This document shows, piece by piece, positions 1 through 9,889 of a DNA stretch of 64,000 nucleotides; position 1 is the stretch's first letter; the number at the start of each line of letters is the position of its first letter. Location: NCBI GenBank assembly GCA_965205265.1, contig CBDBGH010000003.1, positions 2,720,001 through 2,784,000 of the forward strand. The letters run 5' to 3'. The DNA comes from Alphaproteobacteria bacterium (GTDB taxonomy: Bacteria > Pseudomonadota > Alphaproteobacteria > Bin95). The notes under the pieces are model-generated. The model had not been told where the DNA came from. It saw nothing but the letters and a program-made list of their open reading frames with translations, and did no database searches. Both the position numbers and the translations under genes were made by a program.

Positions 1-83
1 CGCCCCGATACCCCCGGTCGCCCCCGTAATCACCGCTACCTTGCCGGCCAGCCTTGCCATGCCCCGCTCTCCCCCGCGCCGTT

Positions 84-455
84 CTACCCGCCCCCACGCT
101 CCGGCGGCGCCGGATCGTGGACCGCGCCGGCGTATTCGACAAGCCCTTCCGCGCCAGGCAGGAAGACGACGCCCGCCCGCTTCCAGCCGGCGGCGATCCG
201 GCGCGCCCGGACCGTGCAGCCGAGCCAGCGCGCGAGCGCCGCCAGCAGGCAGAGCGCCAGCCCGCCCGCATTGGCGTAGATCATCCACGCCGCCATGCCC
301 GCCGGCTCGAAGAACAGCAGGAAGGCCAGCGCCAGCCCGCCGATCGCCGCCAGCCAGACCGCGCAGATCGAGCCGTCCGCCTCCCGCGCAAGCCCCGCCA
401 CCGCCCGCGCATCGCGCCCGATAGCCGGCTGGAACTCAGTGGGCAGCCCGGTCAT
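84..455 (-). CDS. hypothetical small membrane protein
   Basis: ORF with two hydrophobic segments (ICAVWLAAIGGLALAFLLFF; GGLALCLLAALA); start placed at the ATG at 455, no family recognised. Confidence 0.4.
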   Translation of the reverse strand: MTGLPTEFQPAIGRDARAVAGLAREADGSICAVWLAAIGGLALAFLLFFEPAGMAAWMIYANAGGLALCLLAALARWLGCTVRARRIAAGWKRAGVVFLPGAEGLVEYAGAVHDPAPPERGGG

Positions 456-575
456 GAACGGCTCCTCCGCAATTGCGACGGATGCGACGACCCGCCAGGT
501 CAGCCCTGCCGGGCGCCGGCGCTCACTATAGGATATAAGCGAAGATTCCTGCACCGGACGACACCGGAACGCGCC

Positions 576-704
576 ATGCCGCAGCACGTCGACCGCGATG
601 AGGACATCGAGGACCTGCTCGCCGCCATCGACAGGCTCCGCGACCCCGACGATCCGGTGTTGGCGTGGGACGAGGTCCGGTATGAACTTCTCGATAGGGA
701 CTAA
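576..704 (+). CDS. 42-aa acidic peptide resembling the C-terminal half of a RelB/DUF6290-type antitoxin
   Basis: MPQHVDRDEDIEDLLAAIDRLRDPDDPVLAWDEVRYELLDRD; EDxEDL...WDEV..EL pattern of type II antitoxin tails; no toxin gene adjacent. Confidence 0.4.
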   Translation: MPQHVDRDEDIEDLLAAIDRLRDPDDPVLAWDEVRYELLDRD

Positions 705-765
705 TACCAGCGGTCGTTGACCGGAACCCGTTCCGGCTTGGACGCCGCCGCCCTGATTGCCCGTC

Positions 766-853
766 CGTCATGCCCGGACTTGTTCCGGGCATCCATGCGG
801 CCGCCCGGCAGAAGCGGTGGAGGGAGATGCCCGGAACAAGTCCGGGCATGACG
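766..853. repeat. REP-like palindromic element
   Basis: Perfect 28-bp inverted repeat CGTCATGCCCGGACTTGTTCCGGGCATC (766-793) / GATGCCCGGAACAAGTCCGGGCATGACG (826-853); each arm is itself a hairpin. Confidence 0.85.
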
Positions 854-979
854 ATATGGGGAACGGGCATCACGGGAAGAGGAGCGGGGCAGCGCCTTTG
901 GCCCTGTCTCGAAACGCCCCGGCACCAGTTCCCAAACGGACACTCAGAATGAGGGGAACTGGCGCGCTGTCGCCGAGGG

Positions 980-1555
980 CTACTTGTCCTCGACGCCGAG
1001 CGCGGCGGTGCGGAAGCGGCGCTTGAGGTGCGGGCCGTCCTGCGGCGGCAGCGCGCCGGGTTCGCTCTCCGGCGCGACCTTGAGGATGGCGACCAGCGGC
1101 CCTACGCCCTGCCGGAGCGCAGCGACGGCCTCCGCCAGCTCGGCTTCCGTGCGGACCGTCCAAGATTGCCGGACGCCGCCCGCCGCCGCCATGGCGGCAA
1201 GGTCCGCGCCGCGCGCCGTGTGCGTCGCCTGCCCGCCGGTCTCGCCATAGCGCTCATTGTCGAGGATGCAGATCGCGAGGTTCTCCGGCGCCTCGGCCCC
1301 GACGGTCGCGAACGCGCCCGCGCTCATCAGCGCGTCGCCGTCGCCCGTCACCACCAGCACCCGGCGCTCCGGCTGCGCCAGCGCGATCCCGAGGCCCGCC
1401 GGTACGGCCCCGCCCATCGCGCCCCAGAGATAGAAATTGCGCGGGTCGTCGCCGGCCGCGAAACAGTCGAAGCAGGGCTGGCCGAGCCCCGCGACCACCA
1501 GCAGGCCGCCCCGGTCCGCCAGCAGCCGGCTGACGGCCTCCCTCCGGTTCAGCAT
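980..1555 (-). CDS. comE: ThDP-dependent decarboxylase beta subunit (sulfopyruvate/phosphonopyruvate decarboxylase family)
   Basis: GDGD...N ThDP motif (VTGDGDALM...LDNERY), NFYLWGAMG; overlaps the alpha subunit gene. Confidence 0.8.
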   Translation of the reverse strand: MLNRREAVSRLLADRGGLLVVAGLGQPCFDCFAAGDDPRNFYLWGAMGGAVPAGLGIALAQPERRVLVVTGDGDALMSAGAFATVGAEAPENLAICILDNERYGETGGQATHTARGADLAAMAAAGGVRQSWTVRTEAELAEAVAALRQGVGPLVAILKVAPESEPGALPPQDGPHLKRRFRTAALGVEDK

Positions 1556-2073
1556 GAGGCCGGCTCCTCGAACACCTTGGCGCCGATCAGCCGCTGCCCG
1601 AGCAGCACGGCGGCGATGGAGTTGGTGAAATAGGCGAAGCGGAAGGCCGACCCGACGGTCTCGCGCACGTCTTCCGGCCGGTCGCAGCGGTAGCAGGTCG
1701 CCCCACAGAGCTCCAGATGCGCCTGGGTCGTTGCGCCCATCGGCTTCTGCCAGCTATTGAACTCGCCCCATTCGCCGCGCATGGTCACCAGCATCACCAG
1801 CGGGAAGGCGCAGGTCCTGGCCAGGGAGAGCATGTTGACGCAGTTGCCGACGCCCGAGGATTGCAGCAGCAGCACGCCCTTCGCGCCGCCGAGCCAGGCG
1901 CCGGCGAGCAGCGCCACGCCCTCCTCCTCCGTGGTGAGCGACACCGCGCGCAGGTCGTTGTCCTCTATCGAGCGCTCGATCAGCCGGCTGTGCCCGGCGT
2001 CCGGCACATAGGCGACCTGCGTCACGCCCGCCGCCTTGATGGTCTCGAAAATCCCGTCCCGCCAGTCGTCCAT
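1549..2073 (-). CDS. comD: ThDP-dependent decarboxylase alpha subunit (sulfopyruvate/phosphonopyruvate decarboxylase family)
   Basis: YVPDAGH, TTEEEGVAL.AGAWLGG, LQSSGVGN motifs; start MDDWRD at 2073 inside the longer ORF. Confidence 0.8.
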   Translation of the reverse strand: MDDWRDGIFETIKAAGVTQVAYVPDAGHSRLIERSIEDNDLRAVSLTTEEEGVALLAGAWLGGAKGVLLLQSSGVGNCVNMLSLARTCAFPLVMLVTMRGEWGEFNSWQKPMGATTQAHLELCGATCYRCDRPEDVRETVGSAFRFAYFTNSIAAVLLGQRLIGAKVFEEPASC

Positions 2074-2124
2074 GTCCGTTCCGGCCCCCCCTGTCGGCGC
2101 TTCCATATACCGGAGCCGGCGAGC

Positions 2125-3321
2125 ATGAGCACCTCCCGGGTCCATTTGGCGGAGACCGCGCGCCCGGCGCTCCGCATCTCGCTCTTCTATACCGCCTATT
2201 TCACCATGGTCGGCGTCTATCAGCCCTTTTTCCCGCTCTGGCTGGAGTCGCGGGGCCTGGACGCCACCGACATCGCCTGGGTCATGGCCGCGAGCATATT
2301 CCTGCGCGTGGCCGTCAACCCCGGCGTCATGCTGTTCGCGGACTGGCGGGGCGAAAGGCGGCGCTATGCGTTCCGCTTTGCGCTCGCCTCGGTGGCGGTC
2401 GCCGCCTGTTTCCCGCTGGCGGAAGGCTTCTGGCCGGTGCTCGGCCTCGTGCTGCTGTTCGCGCTCGCCCACGGGCCGACCCTGCCGCTTTCGGACAATA
2501 TCGCGCTGCTGACGGCGCGCGCCCGCCGGCTCGACTACGGCAGAATGCGCGTGTGGGGCTCGGTCGCCTTCATCATGGCCTCGACGGCCGGCGGATGGGC
2601 GCTGGCCGGGCGCGGCGACGAGGCCATCGTCGCGGCCATGGTCGCCGGGCTCCTGCTGGTGACGGCGGCGACGGCGACCCTTCCGGACGCCCGCCCGGAG
2701 ACCCCGCCAGGGGCGCACCGGGCCATGCGCCGGGCGCTCGGGCGGCTGGTGCAGGACGGCGGCTTCCTGCTCTGCACCGGCGCCATCGCCTGCAACATGG
2801 CGAGCCATGCCGTGCTGATGGGCTACGGCACGATCCACTGGGAGAAGGCGGGCTACGACAAGGACATCACCGGGCCGCTATGGGCGGTGGGCGTCATCTC
2901 GGAAGTTGCGCTCTTCGCGCTCGGCAACCGGGTCGCGGACCGGCTCGGCATCGCCGGCCTGATTGCGCTCGGCGCCTCGGCCGCCATGCTGCGCTGGGCC
3001 GGCACGGCGCTGACGACCGAGCTCTGGCTGCTCGCGCCGGTGCAGATGCTGCACGGCTTCACCTTCGCCGCAACCCATCTCGGCGGCATGATCTACCTCC
3101 AGCGCCATGTGCCGCCGGAAATCTCGGCGACCGCGCAGGGCCTCTATTCGTCCATTGCGATGGGCGGAGCCCTCGGCTGCGCGCTGCTGGCGGCCGGGCC
3201 GCTCTACGAGAGCTTCGGCGGCGATGCGTTCTGGTTCATGTCGGCGCTTTCGGCGTGCAGCCTGCTGCTGGCGGGCGTCCTTGCGCGCCGGATGCGCCGC
3301 GGGCCGCGCCCGCCGGGTTAG
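2125..3321 (+). CDS. MFS transporter, HcaT/PPP-like
   Basis: About 12 hydrophobic segments; PFFPLWL, DYGRMRVWGSVAF, QMLHGFTFAATHLG motifs. Confidence 0.8.
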   Translation: MSTSRVHLAETARPALRISLFYTAYFTMVGVYQPFFPLWLESRGLDATDIAWVMAASIFLRVAVNPGVMLFADWRGERRRYAFRFALASVAVAACFPLAEGFWPVLGLVLLFALAHGPTLPLSDNIALLTARARRLDYGRMRVWGSVAFIMASTAGGWALAGRGDEAIVAAMVAGLLLVTAATATLPDARPETPPGAHRAMRRALGRLVQDGGFLLCTGAIACNMASHAVLMGYGTIHWEKAGYDKDITGPLWAVGVISEVALFALGNRVADRLGIAGLIALGASAAMLRWAGTALTTELWLLAPVQMLHGFTFAATHLGGMIYLQRHVPPEISATAQGLYSSIAMGGALGCALLAAGPLYESFGGDAFWFMSALSACSLLLAGVLARRMRRGPRPPG

Positions 3322-3354
3322 TACGGTGTCTGTTCATGTTGAACCGGAGCGGCA

Positions 3355-3512
3355 GCCGCCCTTCGATACGCACCCGCTGGCGCGGGCGCTACTCAGGGTG
3401 AGGGACAGGAGGAAGCGGTGCGGGGCTGCTCAGGGTAAGGAAAGGCAGGAAGGCACAGCTCCGAAAATTCCCTCATCCCGAGTAGCGGCGGAGCCGCGTA
3501 TCGAGGGACGGC
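3355..3512. repeat. pair of inverted REP/RIME-like units between convergent genes
   Basis: GCCGCCCTTCGATACGC...GCTACTCAGGGTGAGGG (3355-3404) mirrored by CCCTCATCCCGAGTAGC...GCGTATCGAGGGACGGC (3470-3512). Confidence 0.7.
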
Positions 3513-3545
3513 TCGACTTCCGTTTCAGACTGAACGGGTCCCGCT

Positions 3546-3992
3546 CTAGCGTTCCTCCAGCGCGGCGCGCATGGCGGCGGCGCCGGCGGCCTCCCGGAGC
3601 GCCTTCACCGTATCCCGGTCGCGAAGCGCGCGCGAGACCCGCGCCAACGCCTTCAGATGCTCCGCGCCGGCGCTTTCGGGCGCGAGCAGCAGGAAGAAGA
3701 GATCGACCGGCTCGTCGTCCACCGCCTCGAAGGGCACGGCCTCCCGCGAGCGGATGAGGAAGCCGTGAATGCCCTCGAGGCCGGCCATCTTGGCGTGCGG
3801 AATGGCGATGCCGCGCCCGACGCCGGTGCTGCCGAGCTTCTCCCGGTCCACCAGCACGGTGAACACCGCCTTCGAGCTGAGCCCCAGGCTGTCGGCTGCG
3901 ACCGACGCCATCTGCTCCAGCGCGTGTTTCTTGCTGGAGGCCTCCAGATCGGCGATCACGCCGCCGGGGCCCACCAGCTCGAGGACGCCCAT
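3546..3992 (-). CDS. ptsN: PTS IIA nitrogen-regulatory protein
   Basis: REKLGSTGVGRGIAIPHAK, HLKALARVSR; downstream of rpoN-hpf. Confidence 0.92.
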   Translation of the reverse strand: MGVLELVGPGGVIADLEASSKKHALEQMASVAADSLGLSSKAVFTVLVDREKLGSTGVGRGIAIPHAKMAGLEGIHGFLIRSREAVPFEAVDDEPVDLFFLLLAPESAGAEHLKALARVSRALRDRDTVKALREAAGAAAMRAALEER

Positions 3993-3999
3993 CGCCGCG

Positions 4000-4584
4000 T
4001 CAGCCGCTGCGGCCGGGCTGGCCGTCGGGATCGACCCAGCCGACATTGCCGTCGGCGCGCCGGTAGATCATGTTCAGTCCCCCATGTGCGGCATTGCGGA
4101 AGAGCAGGGCCGGCCGGTCGCCGAAGTCCATGCGCATCACCGCCTCGCCGACGCTGAGCGTGAGCACGTCTTCGGTCATCTCCGCGATGATCGCCGGCGC
4201 GTCCTCGGCCGCCTCCTCGCCCGCGCCTTCCGGCTCGTCGAGGATGCGATGGGCGACCGGCCAGCGGTCCGGTTCGGCCTCTTCGCGGCGATGATGATTG
4301 CGCAGCCGGCGTTTGTGGCGGCGCAGGCGCTTGGCCACCTTGTCCTCGGCTTCGCCGAAGGCCTGCCACGGGTCGGCCGCCTGGCCGTGCGTCTGCACCG
4401 TGAGCCCGCGCCCGGCATGGACCGAGACATCGGCCCGGACGCCCGCACCCTGCTTCGAAAACGCGACCTGGGCGTCGATCGCCCGGTCGAAATAGCGGGC
4501 CACCGACTGCTCGAGCGACGCCTTGACCCTGTCGGCGAGCCTCTGGCTCACCTCCAATTGCTTACCGCTTACGGAAATCCGCAC
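4000..4584 (-). CDS. hpf: ribosome hibernation promoting factor (long HPF)
   Basis: GTG start VRISVSGKQ, KRLRRHKRRL, LSVGEAVMRMD...NMIYRRADGNVGW. Confidence 0.9.
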   Translation of the reverse strand: MRISVSGKQLEVSQRLADRVKASLEQSVARYFDRAIDAQVAFSKQGAGVRADVSVHAGRGLTVQTHGQAADPWQAFGEAEDKVAKRLRRHKRRLRNHHRREEAEPDRWPVAHRILDEPEGAGEEAAEDAPAIIAEMTEDVLTLSVGEAVMRMDFGDRPALLFRNAAHGGLNMIYRRADGNVGWVDPDGQPGRSG

Positions 4585-4652
4585 CTGCCGCTCCCACCTG
4601 TCTCCGGACCGGGCGGTTCTTCGGAACATTTACGAGCGCAGACCGTCCCCGG

Positions 4653-6080
4653 TCAATGGCCTTTTCCAACGGCGCCCGCCAATTTCCGCCGGCGGCGCTG
4701 CGCGGAGGACGGAATACCCATTGTCTCCCGGTATTTGGCGACCGTGCGGCGCGCAATTTCGATGCCCTCGACGCGCATCGCGTCCGCCAGCTTGTCGTCC
4801 GAAAGCGTCCTGCCGGGGTCCTCGGCATCGACCAGCGCCTTCAACCGGTGCCGGACCGCTTCGGCCGAATGGGCCTCGCCGCCGCCCGTCCCCGCTATGG
4901 CGGCGGTAAAGAAATATTTGAGTTCGAAGAGACCGAGCGGCGTGGCCATCGTCTTGTTGGCGGTCACGCGGCTCACCGTGCTCTCGTGGAGTCCCACCGC
5001 GGCTGCAATGTCCCTGAGCGTCAGCGGGCGCAGATGCCGGACTCCCCGGGCGAAGAAGTCATGCTGCCGGCGCACCAGCTCGGCGGCGACCTTGAGCATG
5101 GTTTCCGCCCGCTGGTGCAGCGCCTTCACCAGCCAGTTGGCGCTGCTCAGCCTGTCGGCGATGAACTCGCGATCGGCGTCCGAGGCCGCATCGCCGCGCA
5201 CGCGCGCGTAATACTCGCGGTCCACCAGAACGCGCGGCAGCGCCTCGTCATTGAGTTCGACCGCCCAGCCGCCGCCGGCATGCGCGCGGACCAGGATATC
5301 CGGGACTGCCGGCATGATGGCCGCATCCCCGTCGAAGGCGGACGCCGGTTTCGGATCCAGAGACCGCAGCTCCCGCACCATTGCCGCGAGTTCGTCCCTG
5401 TCGACGCCGCAGGCCCTGGCGAGGACATCGAAGCGCCTCGCCGCCAGCAGGTCCAGATGGTCGAGCAGCGCCGCCATGGCCGGTCCGTAGCGGCCCCGGT
5501 CGCGCAATTGCAGGGCCAGGCATTCGGCGAGCGACCGGGCGAACAGGCCCGCCGGCTCGAACTGCTGCAGGCTTAGCAGCACCCGCTCGATATCCTCCGG
5601 CAACGCGCCGAGGCCGCGGGCGAAGTCCTCCGGATCGGCGGTGAACCAGCCGGAGGGGTCGAGCGCGTCGATGAGCGCCCGCCCGATCAGCCGGTCGCGG
5701 GGATCGGCGATGTCGAGCATCAACTGTCGCTCCAGGCGGTCGCGCAGGCTGGGCGCCGCCGCCACCCGCTCCTCGGGGCCGGGCAAATCGCCGTCGAAGC
5801 CTGCCGCAGAGCGGGGGACGGCGAACGCGTCCGCCGCAGGAATGCCCTCTCCTGTCGTTCCGGCAGGGAATTCGGGCCCGCCGGGCGCAGCGGCCGCGGC
5901 CTCGCCGTCGGTTTCGCTGCGCTTCAGCAGCGGGTTCTCCTCAAGCTGGGATTCGACGAATGCCTCCAGTTCGAGGCTGCCCATCTGCAGCAGCCTGATC
6001 GACTGCAGCAGCCTGGGCGTCATCGCCAGCCCCTGGGCCTGGCGTTGCCGCAGCCTCGGTCCGGGCGTCATCGTCCTCAT
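4653..6080 (-). CDS. rpoN: RNA polymerase sigma-54 factor
   Basis: RpoN box ARRTVAKYR, HESTVSR HTH, Gln/Leu-rich region I. Confidence 0.97.
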   Translation of the reverse strand: MRTMTPGPRLRQRQAQGLAMTPRLLQSIRLLQMGSLELEAFVESQLEENPLLKRSETDGEAAAAAPGGPEFPAGTTGEGIPAADAFAVPRSAAGFDGDLPGPEERVAAAPSLRDRLERQLMLDIADPRDRLIGRALIDALDPSGWFTADPEDFARGLGALPEDIERVLLSLQQFEPAGLFARSLAECLALQLRDRGRYGPAMAALLDHLDLLAARRFDVLARACGVDRDELAAMVRELRSLDPKPASAFDGDAAIMPAVPDILVRAHAGGGWAVELNDEALPRVLVDREYYARVRGDAASDADREFIADRLSSANWLVKALHQRAETMLKVAAELVRRQHDFFARGVRHLRPLTLRDIAAAVGLHESTVSRVTANKTMATPLGLFELKYFFTAAIAGTGGGEAHSAEAVRHRLKALVDAEDPGRTLSDDKLADAMRVEGIEIARRTVAKYRETMGIPSSAQRRRRKLAGAVGKGH

Positions 6081-6137
6081 GCAGCCGTTCGCCGCTCCCG
6101 TCCTCTCCCCCGGGGCGCGTTATAGCCCAAAACGGTG

Positions 6138-6881
6138 CTACAGGCTGAAGCTGTCGCCCAGATAGACGCGGCGGACATGCTCGTCGGCGATGATGTCGGC
6201 CGGAAGGCCTTCCTTGAGGATGGCCCCGCCCGCCAGGATATAGGCGCGATCCACGATCTCCAGCGTCTCGCGGACATTGTGGTCGGTAATCAGCACACCG
6301 ATGCCGCGGTCCTTGAGATGCGAGACGAGGTCGCGGATCTCGCCGACGGCAATGGGGTCGATGCCGGCCAGCGGCTCATCCAGCAGCACGTAGTTCGGGC
6401 GCGCCGCCAGTGAGCGCGCGATCTCCACCCGCCGCCGCTCGCCGCCGGAAAGCGCCATCGCCGCCGAACGGCGCAAATGGCCGATGGCGAACTCCTGCAG
6501 CAGGTCTTCCAGCACCGCGGCGCGCATGTTCCGGTCCTTCTCGACGACTTCGAGCACGGCGCGGATGTTCGCCTCCACCGTCATGCCGCGGAAGATCGAG
6601 GGCTCCTGCGGCAGATAGCCGAGCCCGAGCCGCGCGCGGCGGTAGAGCGGAAGGCCGGTCACGTCCTGCCCGTCGATGCTGACATTTCCTCTGTCCGGCA
6701 CGGTCAGGCCGGTCATGATGTAGAAGCAGGTGGTCTTGCCGGCGCCGTTGGGCCCGAGCAGGCCAACGGCCTCGCCCCGCCCGACGGAAAGCGAGACATC
6801 GCGCAGGACCGTGCGTCTGCGATAGCGTTTGGCGAGGCCGGATGCGGTGAGGCCGGACGCGGCGAGGCCGGGCTCCCTCAT
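6138..6881 (-). CDS. lptB: LPS export ABC ATPase
   Basis: GPNGAGKTT, YLPQEPSIFR, LSGGERRRVEIAR, DHNVRETL. Confidence 0.95.
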   Translation of the reverse strand: MREPGLAASGLTASGLAKRYRRRTVLRDVSLSVGRGEAVGLLGPNGAGKTTCFYIMTGLTVPDRGNVSIDGQDVTGLPLYRRARLGLGYLPQEPSIFRGMTVEANIRAVLEVVEKDRNMRAAVLEDLLQEFAIGHLRRSAAMALSGGERRRVEIARSLAARPNYVLLDEPLAGIDPIAVGEIRDLVSHLKDRGIGVLITDHNVRETLEIVDRAYILAGGAILKEGLPADIIADEHVRRVYLGDSFSL

Positions 6882-7678
6882 CGCGCCGGCGCGAGGTCCG
6901 TCGCTCCGGGCTCGAACAGGCCGCTCACCCGCCCGCCGGCGCCCGCCACAAGGCGGCTGCGGCCCTTTGCGATGTCCACCTCGGCGCATTCGCCGGCCAT
7001 CCGGTTGGGGCCCTGCTGCAGGCGGACATTGCCGCAGACTTCGGCAGTCTGCGCCTCGGTGTCGTAGAAGCCGCGCTCGCCGGTAACCGAGTCCGGCCCG
7101 TTGCGGACCTCCACCTTGCCGAACGCTTCCAGGCGCCGCGCCGCCAGCTTGCCGTCTCCCACATCCTCGAACCGCAGCACCAGCGTTTCGGCCGAGACGG
7201 ACTCCTCCGCCCGCACCGCCCGCACCGCGCCCCGCGCCACGGCGTAATTCTCGTCCCTGTGGAATTCGAGGCTGTCGTGCGCCGTGATCCGGTAGTCCGC
7301 GGTCCGGAGCGAAAGGTCGCCGCCGCGAAGCACGATGAGCGACCGGTCGAGGTCGTAGATCGCCTCGGCGCCGTTCGCCGTTCCGTCGGGCGAGTCGATC
7401 GTCACGCCGCCCCGCGCCTCGACCCGTTCGATTTGCGTTTTTCCCGCCTCGTCCGACCGGTAGTGGGCGGACAGGGTCTCCGCCTGCAGCACGAGTTCGC
7501 CCTGTGCGGCGCGGACATTCCCCTCCGCGATATAGACCTTCTCGTCCCGGCGCCACTCGATGCTCCGGCCGGCTTCGATCTGGAACGGCCCGCCCGTGCC
7601 GGCCGCGAGGTCGAGCTCGAAGCCCCACGCCGCCGCGGAGGCCAGAACCGGGAGGATGGCGAACGCGGCCCGCTTCAT
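6878..7678 (-). CDS. lptA: LptA/OstA-family periplasmic LPS transport protein
   Basis: Signal peptide MKRAAFAILPVLASAAAWG, repeated beta-jellyroll motifs; lies between lptC and lptB. Confidence 0.8.
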   Translation of the reverse strand: MKRAAFAILPVLASAAAWGFELDLAAGTGGPFQIEAGRSIEWRRDEKVYIAEGNVRAAQGELVLQAETLSAHYRSDEAGKTQIERVEARGGVTIDSPDGTANGAEAIYDLDRSLIVLRGGDLSLRTADYRITAHDSLEFHRDENYAVARGAVRAVRAEESVSAETLVLRFEDVGDGKLAARRLEAFGKVEVRNGPDSVTGERGFYDTEAQTAEVCGNVRLQQGPNRMAGECAEVDIAKGRSRLVAGAGGRVSGLFEPGATDLAPAR

Positions 7679-8313
7679 TGCCGGGGCGCCGCCGGGGCCG
7701 GGTCGAAGCTGACGGTGGAGCGGCCGAGCAGGCGGATCCTGTTGCCGCCGTCCAGTACCCGGAACCCCTCGGCCCGGAACCGGCCGGAATTGCCCGCGCC
7801 CTCCACCGGCCTGTCGCCGGACGCGGTTCTGTCGGCAATGTTGACGAATGCCGACTGGGTGAGGATCGCATAGCCGGCCTCGTGGCGGAGCTGGACCTCG
7901 CCCGACAGATGCACCGTCCGCTCCGTCCAGTCCACAATGCCGCTCTCGCCGCTGCCGGACAGCCATGCGCCGCCCGGGAGGACCATCCAGGCCCTCGGGC
8001 GTTCCATGTGGAAGCGCCGGCCCTCGCTGCCGAGCCGCCGGACCCCGGTGGACCGGATCGAGAAGGGCCGGTCGTCGTCCCAGCCGAATGCCTCCATATT
8101 GGTCATCGCGAGCTGCGCCGTCGCCTCGTCCTTCCATTCCGGCCCCAGAATCTCGTCGGTTTCCGGCCAGGTAAAGACCGCAAGCAGCAGGGCCCCCGCT
8201 GCAGCCGGCAAGGCGATTTTCGCCCACTGCACGAACGAAGAATAGGAGCGCGAATCGTGCGGCCTCCGGCCCCTGCCGGCGAAAGCGAAATATGCCCGGC
8301 CGCGAGGCGCCAC
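7675..8313 (-). CDS. lptC: LPS export protein LptC
   Basis: YSSFVQWAKIALP + single TM + beta-rich domain; operon position. Confidence 0.8.
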   Translation of the reverse strand: MAPRGRAYFAFAGRGRRPHDSRSYSSFVQWAKIALPAAAGALLLAVFTWPETDEILGPEWKDEATAQLAMTNMEAFGWDDDRPFSIRSTGVRRLGSEGRRFHMERPRAWMVLPGGAWLSGSGESGIVDWTERTVHLSGEVQLRHEAGYAILTQSAFVNIADRTASGDRPVEGAGNSGRFRAEGFRVLDGGNRIRLLGRSTVSFDPAPAAPRQ

Positions 8314-8316
8314 CGC

Positions 8317-9288
8317 TCAGGCGACCCCGGCGCGCAGGCAGTCGTGGACATGGACGATGCCGACGGGCGCGTCGTCCTCGACCACAAAGAGGGCGGTAAT
8401 CTGCGCCTCGTTCATGACCGCCAGCGCCTCGGCCACCAGCGCCCTCGGGCGGATGGTCTTGGGCGATGCGGTCATGATCGCCGAGACGGGGCGCTGCAAC
8501 AGGTCCGTGCTCATCGAGCGCCGCAGGTCGCCGTCCGTCACGATGCCGAGAAGCGCGCCCGCATCGTCCGTCACGCCGACGCAGCCGAACGCCTTGGACG
8601 AAATCTCGAACAGGGCCTCGCCCATGACCGTGTCGGGCCCGACGAGCGGCATGGCGTCGCCCGCATGCATGATATCGGAGACGAGCTTGAGGCTCTGGCC
8701 GAGCGAGCCGCCGGGATGCAGGGTGCGGAAATCGTCCGCCGAGAAGCCCTTGCGCTCCAGCAGCGCCACCGCCAGGGCATCGCCGAGCGCCAGCATCATG
8801 GTGGTCGAGGTGGTGGGCGCAAGGCCCATCGGGCAGGCCTCGGACACCGGCGGCAGCACGACCGCCAGCGCCGCCGCTTCGGCGAGCGGACTGTCGGCAT
8901 TCGCCGTTACCGCGATCAAGGGCACGGAGTAGCGCGCTGCATGGGCAATTACGGCGGCGAGCTCGGCCGTGCCGCCGGAGTTCGAAAGCGCCAGCAGAAC
9001 ATCGTCCCGCGCAATCATCCCGAGGTCGCCATGCGCCGCTTCGCCCGGATGGACGAAATGCGCGGGCGTGCCCGTCGAGGCCAGGGTGGAGGCGATCTTG
9101 ACGGCGACATGGCCGCTCTTGCCCATCCCGCAAACGATCACCCGCCCGCTGGCCCCGGCCAGGATATCCACCGCTTCGTCGAAGGCCCCGTCCAGACTGT
9201 TGGCGAGCGACAGCAGCGCATCCGCTTCCATCGACAGCACCCGGCGTCCGGCCGCGCGCACTGCGTTATCCGGGGATTCAGTGAGCAA
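8317..9288 (-). CDS. kdsD: arabinose-5-phosphate isomerase (KpsF/GutQ, SIS + CBS domains)
   Basis: GMGKSGH, HPGEAAHGDLG, APTTSTT, HPGGSLG; TTG start after AGGAGG. Confidence 0.93.
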   Translation of the reverse strand: MLTESPDNAVRAAGRRVLSMEADALLSLANSLDGAFDEAVDILAGASGRVIVCGMGKSGHVAVKIASTLASTGTPAHFVHPGEAAHGDLGMIARDDVLLALSNSGGTAELAAVIAHAARYSVPLIAVTANADSPLAEAAALAVVLPPVSEACPMGLAPTTSTTMMLALGDALAVALLERKGFSADDFRTLHPGGSLGQSLKLVSDIMHAGDAMPLVGPDTVMGEALFEISSKAFGCVGVTDDAGALLGIVTDGDLRRSMSTDLLQRPVSAIMTASPKTIRPRALVAEALAVMNEAQITALFVVEDDAPVGIVHVHDCLRAGVA

Positions 9289-9889
9289 AGATGTCCTCCT
9301 CGGCCCAGCCTTCGAGGTCGAGCCGCGCGCGAACCGGCAGGAAATCGAAACAGGCCGCCGCCAGTTCCATCCGGCCCTCCCTGGCAAGCATCGAATCCAG
9401 CCGTTCCTTCAGGCGGTGAAGATACAACACATCGGCGGCGGCGTAGTCCCGCTGCGGCCCGGTGAGGTCCGATGCGCCCCAGTCGGACGATTGCTGGGTC
9501 TTGGAGATCTCGATGCCGAGCAATTCCTTGCAGAGGTCCTTCAGGCCGTGCCGGTCGGTGTAGGTGCGCACCAGCCGGGAGGCCGTGCGGGTGCAATATA
9601 CGGGCCGGGCCGCCGCGCCGAGATAGCGGTCCAGCACCGCGAGGTCGAAGCGGGCGAAGTGGAACAATTTGGTGACGCCCGGGTCCGTCAGCAAGGCCTT
9701 GAGACGCGGGGCGGCATAATCGCCGTCGGGAAACTGGACCAGATGGGCGTTGCCGTCTCCCGCCGAGAGCTGGACCACGCAGAGCCGGTCCCGGAACGGC
9801 TTCAGCCCCATGGTTTCGGTATCGACCGCCGCCATGGCGCCGAAGGTCAGGCCTTCGGGAATATCTTTGCGGTGGAGGTGGACTGCCAT
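9278..9889 (-). CDS. rnd: ribonuclease D (DEDD exonuclease)
   Basis: VDTETMGL, HFARFD, QQSSDWG, YAAADV. Confidence 0.9.
   Translation of the reverse strand: MAVHLHRKDIPEGLTFGAMAAVDTETMGLKPFRDRLCVVQLSAGDGNAHLVQFPDGDYAAPRLKALLTDPGVTKLFHFARFDLAVLDRYLGAAARPVYCTRTASRLVRTYTDRHGLKDLCKELLGIEISKTQQSSDWGASDLTGPQRDYAAADVLYLHRLKERLDSMLAREGRMELAAACFDFLPVRARLDLEGWAEEDIFAH

Noticed and set aside
701-1026. Overlapping short ORFs containing MPGLVPGI / RHARTCSGH
   Set aside because: Translations of the REP palindrome, not genes.
3769-5576. Long plus-strand ORFs opposite rpoN, hpf and ptsN (similar ones lie opposite hydantoinases, integrases and istA)
   Set aside because: Antisense shadow ORFs typical of high-GC DNA; the other strand has recognisable proteins.
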